This document shows, piece by piece, positions 15,528 to 29,600 of a stretch of DNA of 64,000 nucleotides. The position numbers and the translations under genes are program-made. Each line of letters starts with the position of its first letter. The first letter of the stretch is position 1. Under the pieces are notes generated by a model. It had not been told where the DNA came from. It saw only the letters and a program-made list of their open reading frames with translations, and did no database searches. Origin of the DNA: Eledone cirrhosa (taxonomy: Eukaryota); contig OZ024741.1 of NCBI GenBank assembly GCA_964016885.1, positions 67,084,001-67,148,000 of the forward strand, read 5' to 3'.

Positions 15528-15946
15528 TTAATAACCCATACATTCCCACCTACACTCACACACACATACACTCTGACATTCATTCACATACATATACTAA
15601 GACGGACACATGCACATACAAAATGTAACGTCTACACTGTCACATACACTCACACACATTATGTGTATGTATGTGTAGATGTGTGTGTGTTTAATTCTCT
15701 GATGCCAAACGTACATAACAAACGCACAAATAAACGCACACTCATATACAAAATGTTACCTCGTGGTGGAGGTGGTGGTTTGCTAGAGTTGACTATAAAA
15801 ATATTATTTCTGATAAAATCTTATATTGTTTTAAGCCAAGTGAAAATAAAAATTACATGTTGACACTCCTGGGGAGTCCAGCCGTTAGCGAATGTATAGG
15901 AAAAGGCAGACAGACAGAAAAACAAATGATTTTATATGTATAGAGA
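15244..15946 (-). mobile_element. Non-autonomous Helitron
   Basis: Minus strand 5' TCTCTATACATATAAAA ... 3' hairpin CCCGGGCAACGCCGGG then CTAG; inserted between A and T; no TSD. Confidence 0.75.
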
Positions 15947-15957
15947 TATTATAAATA

Positions 15958-16671
15958 CTAGCAGAAAAACCACCCTTCGGGTGGTTTTCCGCTAGGATGT
16001 GTAGCGTGTATATTGATATTATACGCAAGTATATATGCATGTAGATATGATACATCAAATAAAACCGTAATTGACAATATACACAGAAATTGAACGAAGA
16101 CTGTTACAATGTCTTCTGTAATCAGAAACGTAATCCATGATACATTAAAAAAGACGATATTATATATCTGCTAGGATGTGTAGTGTGTATATTGATATTA
16201 TACGCAAGTATATATGCATGTAGATTTGATACATCAAATAAAACCGTAATTGACAATATACATAGAAATTGAACGAAGACTGTGTTACACTGTCTTATGT
16301 AATCAGTAACGTAATCCATGATACATTAAAAAAAGACGATATTATATATTGTATTAGGAGAAAATTAGTGACGGAAATATATGAATATTTATTTAAACGA
16401 CCGCTAACAGGAAGTGTTGACATTTGATAATTTTAAAGAAGTGAATCTTTAAATAAGTAATAAAATATATTTAATGAACAGCCACGAAATCTAGTAGATA
16501 AAATATGTAAGTCAATAAAATAAAGTACCAGTAATGTACTGGTTAATTGCTGGCCTTGTGCCAAAAGTAGAAACAATTATTTATTCAAAGTAATCCAACT
16601 TATTTTACTAAGGGGATAAAAAATTATAAACTGTATGCAGTTCCGCGCTTCTTAGTTTATTATAGTTTAGA
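15958..16671 (-). mobile_element. Non-autonomous Helitron (second family) with an internal ~179-bp tandem duplication
   Basis: Minus strand 5' TCTAAACTATAATAAA ... 3' hairpin ACCACCC-GAA-GGGTGGT then CTAG; A|T insertion; duplication at about 15992-16350. Confidence 0.6.
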
Positions 16672-16701
16672 TATATATTATAAGTATATATTTATATATA
16701 C

Positions 16702-16764
<63 letters not shown>

Positions 16765-16766
<2 letters not shown>

Positions 16767-16897
16767 TGTACCAGCAATAGCTGGGGGTTTAACCCTGCGA
16801 AGGATTGGCGTCCTGTCCAGGGGAAAGTCTTGTATTTCACGCCATGAAACCGGGATAAGCACCGGCCAAATGAGCCTTCAGGCTTAAGGCAGAATTT
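16765..16897 (+). mobile_element. SINE 3' fragment
   Basis: aaccctgcga...cctgtccagggg...gaaaccggg...atgagcc resembles widespread invertebrate SINE body/tail sequence (recalled). Confidence 0.55.
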
Positions 16898-17602
16898 TGC
16901 CTTTTTTTTATATATACATATGCATACACGAAGAACTTTTGCATAATTTCCGTCACTCACAACTCAGAGGTCAAACTTCAAATGGTGGCATTAGCAGAAA
17001 GCTCACCCAATAGGTCACACAGAAGGACTAAACACGATATCATGTGCTTGGGATGCGAACTACATTTACTTCTCTCTCTCCCCTCTCTCTCTCCCCCTCT
17101 CTCTATCTCCCATCCCCTCACTCTCTCTCTCCCATCCTCTCTCAATCTCCCTCTCTATCTTTCTCTGTGCTTGTCATCCATAATTGTAATAGATATATAA
17201 ATATATAAACAATTCAATTTCAAAGTAAAACTACGCTGGACTCGCCAACAGAATTATAACAATTCCTAATAATTGATAACATTAGAGAAAATATTTAGCA
17301 GTTAATCTCCATAACCGCAAGTCTTCGCACTCTCAGATTCTTATATTCATCGATATATATATACATTTAGCAAGTTTCCAAAATCTCGTATTCGATATAT
17401 ACATACATCACATTTCCATTGAATATTTATGGGACAAAGAAATCGTGATGATTTTTATTTCGATATATTTATGCCTGTTTTATAAAAATAAATAATTATA
17501 GTTTTAGATATACGTTATGTTTGCGGTAATGCATATTTGGTAACAGCACAAACATTTACATACGTAACAATATATGTAAACGTACTCATGGCCTTATACA
17601 TT

Positions 17603-17693
<91 letters not shown>

Positions 17694-17769
17694 TTATATA
17701 TATATATATATATATGTGTATGTATATATGTATGTATACACACACACACACACACATACACATATATAT

Positions 17770-17888
<119 letters not shown>

Positions 17889-18042
17889 GAAACGATAGGA
17901 GCTCAACCGTCTGGGTCTCGAATCCTTCATATTACCCACTCTAGTACTCCAAGTATCGAGTATTATTGTGAATAATGTCTAGCTGGTCTTTACTGCACCC
18001 ATTCTGATTTATGTATATAATTATATATATAAATCAGAATGG
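17889..18042. mobile_element. Diverged family A copy in the opposite orientation, ending in a small hairpin
   Basis: attacccactcta...aagtatcgagta...agctggt is the reverse complement of the family A tail; hairpin ccattctgattta/taaatcagaatgg. Confidence 0.55.
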
Positions 18043-18228
18043 ATATATATACATAATTATATATATATATATAGTTATATATATATATTTCAGAAGATCT
18101 CGTTAAGGGTGAAAGCAGCGATTCTTTGCTTAAACTTTAATCTGTTATTTTAATAAATATTTGCTCTACGGTTCTTATATATTTGATATATATTTATCCT
18201 TATCGAGCCCTCTTTGGATTTTATCCTA

Positions 18229-18297
<69 letters not shown>

Positions 18298-18303
<6 letters not shown>

Positions 18304-18760
18304 GTATCCACTGTAAGTTGTGGGGTCTATTCTGTATGAAGAACACAATGTAATCCATATGTTGAAAATGATGTAGGTTAAGATAAATCTCAGAAAACAA
18401 TAAAACATTAAAAGGAAAACAGAGTCATGATATAAGTTGAAACAATGAAATAAAAAATCAAGTCATTAGAGATATACTTCACTGCTTTACGATCGTTTCT
18501 AGATGGTGATAATACATTGTATCTACCTCCAAATATGGACATGATACTAATTCTGAGTAAAATTATTGAATAAAATTATTATTGCTTTTGAAAACAGCTG
18601 GTGATATGCATGTAAGTAAATATTCTCTCTATCTGATAGTTTGTAAACTTACATAGATCAATAACTGAGTATAGATACAATGTATTATCACCATCTAGAA
18701 ACGACCGTAGAGCAGTGAAGTATATCTCTAATGACTTGATTTTTTATTTCATTGTTTTAA

Positions 18761-18766
<6 letters not shown>
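18298..18766. mobile_element. Fold-back cassette (arms 18431-18525 / 18672-18766) with left tail, between (TA)n tracts
   Basis: About 95-bp inverted repeat; arms carry GAAA-cgatcg-TA, a hammerhead 3' half with palindromic stem III. Confidence 0.8.
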
Positions 18767-18845
<79 letters not shown>

Positions 18846-18856
18846 CTATATATCTA

Positions 18857-18894
<38 letters not shown>

Positions 18895-19469
18895 TGTGAG
18901 GATATGTATATGCATCTTTGAAAATGTATGCAGGTATTATCTGTATATTAAATTTGCCTGCGAGTAATCAATTTAATTGGAAACATACCCCGATAGTTAA
19001 AATTTAAGCAATCAATCATTGATAAGTGCTTTTGCTTTCCACCCGCTCACCACTAATCGATCACCACCATCCTCTCTCATTGCCTTCTAGAGAAATGGAA
19101 CATCACCCTGATCAATACTATCGCTGCCATCAAGAAAGCCGCCATAAGTATATAGCAAAGCTACTACCATCATCACTAATACCTTCAGGAGAGCTACAAC
19201 ACCCACTAGTTCGATCTCCATCCATCATCACTGTCTTCAAATCACCCTCATCACTCATACAGCAACTATCATCACGACTAGAGATATTACCACCATCACT
19301 ACCACTGATACGACAACAAGCAATATTTTCAGCTGAGCCACTCTAAAGACCACCATTACTATAATGTCCCTTACCCCTACTGCTGCTTCTAATAACTATT
19401 TAAATACAAACCTTCCTCCACTAACGTCATATCGTCTACTCTACGTCACCATCGTGTTCACCACTATCA

Positions 19470-20600
19470 CAAACATACGCAAATACACACATACAAATAT
19501 ACACACAAATATACTCAAACATACACACATATACACGCAGACATACACACACACACATAGACACAGACATACAGAAACAAACACACATACAAACACAAAC
19601 ACACATACACACAGACATACAGACAAACATACACACACATACACACAGATATACGCACACACATACACACAGACATACTTACACACACATACACACATAC
19701 ACACAGACATGCAGAAACATACACAAACATAGACACACATACACACACCTACACACACATATACACAGTCATACACAAACATACACATACATACATACAC
19801 ACAGACATACTTACACACACATACACACATATATACACACACATACACACATACACACAGACATGCAGAAACATACACAAACATAGACACACATACACAC
19901 ACCTACACACACATATACACAGTCATACACAAACATACACACACATACATACACACAGACATTTAGATACACATAAACATATATACACACATACATACAT
20001 ACACACACATACACATACATACATATACACACAGACATACATACACATACAAACCTAGATTTCCCTCCCTACACTCTACTTATTTGGCCTACTGTCTGTG
20101 AGTATGCGTGTGTACACATACATACAGACACACACACACACATACACACACATTAACACAGATACACATACACGCATACATACATACACACATACACATA
20201 CATACATACATACACACACATACAAACCTAGATGTCCCTCCCTACACCTTGCTTACTTGGCCTACTGTCTGTGTGTATGCGTGTGTACACATACACACAG
20301 ACATACACACACATACTCACACATACACACATACATACACACACATACACACATACATACACACAAACATACACACACATACACACATACATACACACAG
20401 ACATACACACAGACATACACACATACGCACACACAGACATGCACACAAATATACACACACACATACACACACATACACACACATAGACACACATACATAC
20501 ACACATACATACATACACACATACACACACACATAGACACACATACACATACACACACAGATGTCCCCCCCCTACACCCTGCTTACTTGGCCTACTGTCT
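19470..20600. repeat. CA-rich compound repeat with three copies of a ~45-bp unit
   Basis: agatgtccctccctacaccttgcttacttggcctactgtct-like unit near 20057, 20230 and 20559. Confidence 0.8.
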
Positions 20601-20929
20601 CCATTTTACTCCCTGGAGAAGTAAACAGGTAACAATTGAAAATAATTGATAAATACAGTAGAGCTGTAGTTTCACTTCCGTTTGTTCTTTTGTTGTTGCT
20701 ATTGTTGTTATTGTTGTTGCTATTGTTGTTGTTGTTGTTGTTGTTCTTACAGATATTGTTCTTGTTCTCACTCTTGTTATTGCTATTGTATATTTTGCTG
20801 AATAAAGTCATTATTGTGGGCTGTTTCAGAATTGCTCTACTCATTTATCGATAATTGCACCGATTTCAAATTTCATTTGTTTGGCGAAATGTTTATCCGA
20901 GATGGTATCCACATATCTATTTTATACAT

Positions 20930-23044
20930 ACAATGATGTATACATTTATACAAATTAATAAATTCAATATACATACATACATATACATTCATATATATAA
21001 ACGTTTGCATATGTATAATAAAGCCAAAACAATGCAGGTATGGACATAGAATAAAGAATGCAAATGCAAAAGATATTGTTGACAATTAGTCTTTTACCTT
21101 AGATTTATTTAAATGTCCTTAATTTTCGAGATAATATCTCTTCTTCGGAGGGAAGTAAAGCGGTTAAACCAGTGTTCTAAATAGCTTGCCAAGTGATGCT
21201 GGCAGGAAATGGTATAGAGTATCTGTTCTATCTCTAATGTCAAAGAGTTAAGGTTAGGTGGATAAAGTGTAGTCTCCCTTTAAAAGTGTTTTTTTTGTAC
21301 ATGCCTGTTTAAGTGTGTGGGAGAATGCGTGAAGGTGTAAGTATGTGTGTGTCTGAGTGTGAGAAGATATGTCTATACGTAAATGTGGGGGATAGATGTT
21401 ATCTCGTGTTAGAACTGGTCTTTGTGTGTGTATGTGTGTGTGAGAAAGAATAAGTGGAGGTGTAAGCGTGTGTGTGTGTGTGTATGTGTGCATGCGTGTG
21501 TGTGGGAGTGTGTGTAGGAGGGGGGGGGGGGGAAATATGGGGCTAGATGCTCTATCAAGTTATAATTTGATAATTTGATATAATTCTAGTCTATTATTGA
21601 TTGGTGGTTGTGTTTTGTCTATAATTAGTGCTTCCTTAATTCTAAGATTGCCGAGGCTTCTTTCCTTAGTTTCCATCCTAAATGTTATGGTTTTGTCGGT
21701 GTTTTTGCATTTAACTAGGTGTTTCTTTAATGAGGAAGCGTTAGTATTGAGGTGTTCTTTTATTCTTATGTGGAATGGTCTGGTGGTGCTACCTACGTAG
21801 AAGTTGCTGCATTTGTCGCACTCTAGTCTGTATACGACGTAAGCCTGGTGGCATAGGTCTGTCGTTGATGGGGCAGTTGGCTAGCCTGCAGCGGTTGTCA
21901 TGTCTGGTGTAGTGTCTTTTAGTTAGCTGTCCGCGTAGAGAAGGACCTGAGTGGGCCAGCTGGATATCTAGTCCCTCTCGTCTAATAGCTCTGCGGATGG
22001 CTGTTGTTGTTTCGTCACTGAAGTGTGGGAGCTTCAGGAAGAAAGTGTTAGTGCCTCGGGTGTGGTGTCCTCTGTTCTTTCTGGCACGGTTTGTGGTGGA
22101 TGTCGTGTATCCGTTCAGTTTGAGTACTTCCAGGAAATGTGTGGTGTGTGTGTCTCGGTCTCTAGCGTCGGTGCATTTGTTCCGGATACGTGTAGTTCGT
22201 TCCTTATGTATCCGAACTTAGTGCCGGCTGGGAGGGCCGATCTGAAATGTATGAACAGGTCCCTCCATGGCTTTTTTATAGTGGCAGGTGTGGATGTTGC
22301 CTTCCTCTGTTATCCTGAGTTGGAAGTCTAGTAGGGATAGGGATCCGCGGTCATGGGGGTGTTCCATGCTGAACTTTATACTGGCGTCTATGCTGGAGAA
22401 TGTTGTGTATATTTTATTCGATCCTCACGGGATGATGTAAGGATGAGTATGTCATCTACATATCGGGTGAAGAAGGTATGGGAATGGCAGGTGTTGAGGG
22501 TTCGGCATTGTAGCTGGTTCATATAGGTGATGGCCAGTAGGACCGATAGGCTGGATCCCATGGGTAATCCTGTTGTCTGTCTGTATGTGTGATGGTGGAA
22601 GGTGAAGTACGTGTTGTCCACTGTGAAGGACAAAAGCTGGTGTATGTCCGTCGGATGGAGGCCGTAGCAGTGGATGTCCTCTGCGACCACGCAGTCCGTC
22701 AATAAATCGACAGCTGGATGAGCGGGGACTGTAGTGTAGAGGGAGACAACGTCGAGGCTAAAGGCGTATCTATTTAGTTTAAGTTGTTCTGGATGGAGTT
22801 GGTGTAGTCTACGTATGACTTCGTCGGAGCTACTGACATGCCCGGAAAAGGTGGAGAGTAGAGGCTTGAGGACCTGGGCGAGGAGCCAGGAAATTTTGTA
22901 TAGGGGTCCTTCTATGCTAGAAACGATGGGTCTTATTTGTGTCTTAGTACTATTCTTGTGGGTTTTGTTGAGGTGGTAGAAAGTGGGCAGTCTGGTATTT
23001 CTATTGGTGTAGTTGAGCTTAACTTTATTTTGGAGTTCTCTTCT

Positions 23045-23047
<3 letters not shown>
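20930..23047 (-). mobile_element. 5'-truncated Penelope-like retroelement (RT + GIY-YIG endonuclease + 3' pLTR), disrupted
   Basis: RT motifs IRPIVS, SLDVVSLYT, GLPMGSSLS and YVDD in 22388-23045; VVYRLECDKCSNFYVGSTTRPFHIRIKEH near 21840-21750; 5' end abuts (TA)n. Confidence 0.92.
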
Positions 23048-23142
<95 letters not shown>

Positions 23143-23236
23143 GAAGGTTCTTTTCACTCGGAAAATATAAAATTCCCGATTTCGAATTACGAACTGGCGC
23201 TATTCAAAATAAATGATTCTATGGACATACTTTATA

Positions 23237-23322
<86 letters not shown>

Positions 23323-23469
23323 TATTTATGTATTACTACAATTAATCTGCTTATATCTAAATAGATTTCCTGTGTTTATGTTTGAAGAATATATGTATAT
23401 ATATATGCATGTGCGTCTGTGTGTATATGTTTATGTATATATATATATATATAAATATAAATATATATA

Positions 23470-23628
23470 TATAAAGAAAAAAAGGATGAAATCGAAAATG
23501 CAACTGGAGTCTTATTTTTAAAAAAATAAGACTCCAGTTGCATTTTCGATTTCATCCTTTTTTTCTTTATACTTTCACTCGTGTAGGACACCTCGGTTAT
23601 TTTTCATTTTGTAAAAAAAAAACCTCAC

Positions 23629-23635
<7 letters not shown>
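23470..23635. repeat. ~100-bp essentially perfect palindrome (23470-23571) with right tail, between (TA)n tracts
   Basis: tataaagaaaaaaaggatgaaatcgaaaatgcaactggagtcttattttt followed directly by its reverse complement. Confidence 0.9.
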
Positions 23636-23683
<48 letters not shown>

Positions 23684-23746
23684 TTTAGCAAATAAGAAAA
23701 AGTTTCAAAATAAATTTCAAAAAAATTCACTGTACTTACTATGGTT

Positions 23747-23833
23747 ACCTTTACCGAAACGGTTTCGAGTTTCAAAAATAAATGGATAGTCCTTGCGGGC
23801 CTCCATTGAAAAGATGAACTCTCGTCAGAAGGT
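23747..23833 (-). ncRNA. Type I hammerhead ribozyme with extended stem II
   Basis: acctt-CTGACGA-gagttca..aatgga..cc(gcaa)gg..tccatt..tgaaactc-GAAA-ccg ttt cgg-TA-aaggt; full core and three stems. Confidence 0.85.
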
Positions 23834-24223
23834 TCTTTTCACTCGGAAAATATAAAATTCCCTAGTTCGAATTACAAACTGGCGCTATTCAAAATTGTTC
23901 CCGAGATGAGAATGAATGATGTGGAAGCAATTCTGTCCAGTGCCGTGTGCAAAGATAGAAGGCAGAGGCAGGGAGGTCAATCTACTACCACTATAAATAG
24001 CAGCAGTCAAAACGACCAAATTTTATCTCGACCAGGGGGAGATTAATAATAATGCTTTCTTTATTAAATAATAATAAAGTATATATCCCTACACGCCAAA
24101 AACGTATAGGGACACATGTATTATCCAACCATATGCCAATGTGGTTCTATGACCGGTTAATAAATTAACGAGCCAGAACATATATATTCAAGGTTTAGCA
24201 AATAAGAAAAAATTTCAAAATAA

Positions 24224-24268
<45 letters not shown>

Positions 24269-24556
24269 ATCCTGGTATGTGTATATGCATTTTTTCTTCT
24301 AAATTTAATTTTATACCTAATTGTGTATGGTTGACGGTATATTTAATCGATTTCCACGTGCTATTGAAATGTTAGGTAAATATTCTATACCGGTTGGTCG
24401 CTTAGAGATTGGTGTCGTTTATTTATCTACTATTTCTTCATAGGTGCCTTTTAATCTTATAGCCTGGTCTAATTGATTTCGTGTGGTTAATTATGGTAAT
24501 TGAGAGAAGAAATGGTGTATATATATTATCAAATGATTCTATGGACATACTTTATA

Positions 24557-24633
<77 letters not shown>

Positions 24634-24774
24634 ATTTGAATGGATACAGTTTAGTTGAAAGGAATTTATTGACACGTGTTTCTATAACAGTTACATAACC
24701 TAAAACAGCTACTATCTACATTACATTATATTACAACACAACGGAAAATACTGTATATATATATATATATATAT

Positions 24775-25143
24775 ATATTGGTAAACGGAAAAGAAAATGC
24801 TGACAAATTGTTCACAGTGAAAAATAGTTTAATTAGGAATAAGTGAGAATTAGTAATAGTATTGGTTAGTATTCAGTTTTGGTTTTAAGTTTTACCGGTT
24901 GCGCATTTCTAATGCTTTTCAAAAATAATTTTGAGATAGAGCGTCCGTATCTCAAAATTATTTTTGAAAAGCATTATAAATGCGCAACCGGTAAAACTTA
25001 AAACCAAAACTGAATACTAACCAATACTATTACTAATTCTCACTTATTCCTAATTAAACTATTTTTCACTGTGAACAATTTGTCAGCATTTTCTTTTCTG
25101 TTTACCAATATATCATAACTTGTGTGTTACACCTCTATTCTTT

Positions 25144-25148
<5 letters not shown>
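24775..25148. mobile_element. Fold-back cassette (arms ~24775-24948 / 24958-25113) with short tail, between (TA)n tracts
   Basis: About 170-bp near-perfect inverted repeat; contains the hammerhead-like relic TTGAAAA-gcatt/aatgc-GCAA-ccgg-TA. Confidence 0.85.
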
Positions 25149-25225
<77 letters not shown>

Positions 25226-26649
25226 TTGACACCCTGCGGTACTGGAACAGGGAAGAACACAAACAAAAGAAGTACTTGATGTAGTGTAAGATTCTGAGTG
25301 GGTATATTAACGAAAGTAGAGGATCTATTGCCACGAACTCGGTGATTTCGGTTAGTTAACTGACCGAACGCCACGAGCTAATATGATGAAAATTGGTCAT
25401 GTTTCCATATTAGTACTTTAACCTTAGTTTGGAACATTAGCGTTTCTAATTCAATGTGAAATTCATGACCAATTGCATAGGTTACACAAGCACTTCATTT
25501 TCCGTCGGTTAATTATGCAATTTCAACAAGTAGTTATCGCAAAATACTTCGATACAGTACATATGTATACAGCAACAAAGAATAGTAATAAAAACAAAAT
25601 TTGCACATTCCCCAGGGGCACAAAGCTATGTTCAGTAATGCAGTCACAGCACGCAATACTTTTTTTTCTCTTATCAACTCGTCGGTAAATTCAAATTCAA
25701 GATGGCAAATTTAAAATGTTGAGGAGAAAGTGGCAATCACAGGGGTCAAGCTATTGATATCAGTACACATAGTAACGGAGGTAGCACCCGAATATTGCCA
25801 ATCTCTCTGCTGTTGTTATGAGAACGTAGTCTCATAACAACAGCAACAATAACAACAACGAAAATAAAAATTAACAACTGTCCGTGGGACGCAGCTCCAA
25901 TACGACCCCACCCTAGGCTCAGAGCCCATCACGCTCCCTTTCGTCTGTGGTCTAAACGGCCTTGCTTTTTCCCTCCATTTCCTCTCATTTATTGCATTTA
26001 TAGTTCTTTCCTCTACTTCCCCATAATGTCAGATCTCGTTTACCTCTTCTTTTATTTCTCATTACTTGGTTTTGTTTTTATCTTTCTTTTTCATCTCTAT
26101 GAAATTATCAGTAGTTTTAAAGCCAACTTTGGGAGTTTAATTTGAATAAAACTTCTGTTTTCAACTCAGAAAGTAACAATAATAATTACGATAACGACGT
26201 TTTCCCCCTTTTCTATTGAAAAACAAAAACAAAAAAAATAATTTGAAAGGAAAACCCAGCACAAGTCTATTTATACACTAGACACGCTGACCTTCATCGA
26301 GGCAAAACAAGCAGTATCTCTCACACAACGAAAGAACGAAAAAAAACGACAAAAATACGCAATGGCATCAAGACCACCACCACCACCACTACCACCACCA
26401 CTACCACCACCAACACCACCACCACCATCATCATCACCACCACCACCACCACCACCACAGAAACATAAAAAAAAAAAGAATTTCAAACAACACCTTTCTC
26501 AACTTCACCACCACCACAGGAACCGCTACCAACGCCAGCACAGTAACTGCCTCAGTGATGCCTGGAACAAGCAGCAGTGGAAATAATAACACTAACAATA
26601 GCAACAAAAGCCAAAAGAACAGGAAGAGGTCTTTAGCCTTGGTTGGTGA

Positions 26650-29600
26650 CCTTCCTAATGATATTGTACACAATAATAGCACGGGTAGTTGCACAACCTC
26701 ATAAACGCAAATCTCATGAAAATGATGAAGAGAAGAAATATGACTTCAAAATTGCTATGGAGGTGAAAATCTTGATGGGAGTCTTTTAGAGGCAACTTAG
26801 GGAGAAGCTGTCGGGCCGGGCATGTCTGATGTGACTGGTGCTGTTGGAAATGGTTTGGAATGTTTGAAATCATTGCGAACAATTTGAAGGTACATGTAAG
26901 GAAAATTAGACGGGGTCATTGGCTCACCAAATTTGAATAGAAGTTGAAGTTGAAAGTATGAATGTTAATGCTGACGGTAACTTAGATAATGGGAAACAAA
27001 GATCACAATTAAAAGGAATCAACTGAGAAAGAATTATCCTATTTAAATCTTGATAAGGGAGAAATGATGAACCACTAAATGTGGAGGGAATGGAAAGTAA
27101 GGTAACTGATTATATGGACATTGAAAATGTTAATGAAAATAAAAATGAAGAAAAGGAAGAAACAAGATTGATTATCAAAGACTGAGAGATCTGGTTAAGA
27201 ATCGTGGATTCAATAAGTCATTTTAGAAAGTGAAACGGCCAAAGTAAACCATGCAATGATGTGTATAGAAACTAATGACATTACCGATTGAGAAAGTTAA
27301 TTAGCGCTGCAGTGTTTCTGATGGATGAGTGATTAGGTATTAAGCACACTGAAAGTAAGAAATGTAAGGAACCCTGGTGGAAGATGAGATTAGAAGGTGA
27401 TGTAACTTAGCTCAGAAAAGATCTTGGTAAAATGGATACCTAGCATACAGAAAAAAGGAAAAATACCAAAATAGGGCAGAAACGATGCATGGAAATAAGG
27501 TATAAAATAAAGTTGAAAGGTTTGAATTTAGTGATGGAAGAAGTGAAGTGGCGAATTGAGACAAAATCTAACCGGATTACTTGGCATGCAAATAATCAAA
27601 AACGATACGATCAGAGCAGATTATTCTGTCCAAATCAGAAAACTTTCTTTGAACACTGTCAAGGGAAACTTGCGCAGAGGTTGCACTATATGATGAAGGA
27701 TCCACACAATTTTAGTCAAATCAATGGGGAATTGCAAAATAGCATAAGATGTGAGATCGATAAATGAAGTTGAGCATAAATTATCTAATGAACCAAAATA
27801 GAGATGGGAAAGAATTTCAAAGGAAGACGTTCAAGCGCAAGTTATGAAAATGTCAAACTGGAAATCTCCTGGACGAGATGGGATCCAAAGATTCTGGTTG
27901 AAACGATTTAAAAGTGTTCATCCAAGGATAAGGAAGCATCTAAATGATTGTGTAGTACATGGAGAAGTTCCAAGTTGGATGGTTGAAAGAAAAGTTGATA
28001 ATGAAGGATAAAAGGAAAGGTCTGTTAGTTGGAAATTACAGTCTGATTGCCTGCTTGAGTTCTGGAAGCTGTTGACTGGCATCTTTGTTGCAAAAGTGTA
28101 TGATCACTTGTTTCAGAATGAAATGTTACCTATCGAACAGAAGGGTGTAGGAAAAATACCGGGGAAACAAAAACCATCTTCTTTTTGAAAAGGAAATCAT
28201 GGATAACTGCAAATTATATCTAAAGAATTTATGCATGGCTTGGCTAGACTTTAAGAAACCCTTTGACATGGTCCCACACTCGTGGGTACTGAAATGTTTG
28301 AGAATGTTTGGGATAGCAGATTAATATTAATGTCATTGAGTATAGTATGCCTTTGTGGAAGACAAACATGTGTGCAGGAAATAATCACCGAGGTGTGGTC
28401 AATATAAAAAGAATATTTCAAGGAGATCCCTTCTCACTATTGTTCTTTGTGATTATCATGATTCCATTATCAAAGGTCTTATGACATACAGATATTGGCC
28501 ATCAGTTGGAAAACAGAGGACCTAAGATCAATCAGTTACTTTTTCATAGATGATCTGAAGCCCTTTGGCAGGAATGAATTTCAGGTTGACTCACTGGCCA
28601 AAATGTCCGAAAATTGGGATGGAGTTTGTTATTGTGAAATGTGTCACCCAGATTATGAAGAGAGGTAGATAAACGTATATCAACTTTGGTCGATCAAATC
28701 GATCCCTGTGCGTTACTGGTACTTTATTTTATCGACCTCGTAAGGATGAAAGGCAAAGCTAACTTCGGTGGGATAGGAACGTAGAACGTAAAGGAACGTA
28801 ACTATATTCTGCAAAGCATGTTTTCCAACGCTCTAACGATTATGCAAATTCAATTCACCACCCTTGGTAACAAAATAATAATAAATTAATGCCAACAGAA
28901 TTCTCCAATCGGAAGAAGCAGCACATTGGTGTAATTGAGGATAACCAGAAATCTTAGATCACAATAATCACCAAGTGCATTCCAAGGAAGTTCCTCTTTT
29001 GCATCTATTTGTAGGTTGTGTAGGGAGAAAGGTGAAACAATTAACCACATTATTAGTGAATATAGAATGCTTGCACAGGAAGAATACGAGAGAAGGCAGG
29101 ACAACTTTGCGAAATTGGTTCATTGGAAGCTCTGCCATAAGTATGACATGAGTAGATGTGAGAAATAGTATGAGCAACATCCGGAAAGTATTGCAAATAA
29201 CGAGCAGTATAAGATCTTGTGGGACATGATCATCCAGTGCGACTATGTTATCGTGGCTAGAAAGCCTGACATTGACGTAGAAAAGAATAATAACAAGGCA
29301 TGTATTATGGATATTGCCTCACTGTGGGGCTACAGGAAAGGAAAGTGAGAAAGTTGGTAAATATCGGAAGCTGAAGAGAGAAATCAGGAAACTGTGGAGA
29401 ACCAGACACGTAAAAGTAGTAACGACTGTGGTTGGCACCCTGGGAGCAGTTAGTAAAAGATTTGATGCTTGGCTTTAGGAGCTAGGATTTACCACCAGGA
29501 CAAGAGTGTTGCAGAAAGTCTTGTTAGTGACAGCAAGGATTCTAAAGAAGGTATATATAAAGTTGAAGGAGAAGGAATGACTCAAATGACCTTTGGCAAT

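Noticed and set aside
21116-21153. Hammerhead in the pLTR of the 20930-23047 PLE (CCGAAGA-a-gagata/tatctc-GAAA-at-TA, minus strand)
   Set aside because: The position is plausible, but the core has a mismatch plus an extra base and stem III is nearly absent; too degenerate to call.
24662-24750. GAAA-cacgtg-TC-aataaa on the minus strand as a hammerhead
   Set aside because: Only the 3' half is present; there is no CTGANGA upstream before the (TA)n tract.
25809-25844. 15-bp hairpin gctgttgttatgaga/tctcataacaacagc as a terminator or element end
   Set aside because: It is a real hairpin but isolated, next to a (CAA)-rich tract, with no supporting context; bacterial terminators are irrelevant here.
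26271-26694. Pro-, Gly- or Thr-rich ORFs as host exons
   Set aside because: They derive from an (ACC)n low-complexity tract upstream of the LINE relic; no splice or domain evidence.
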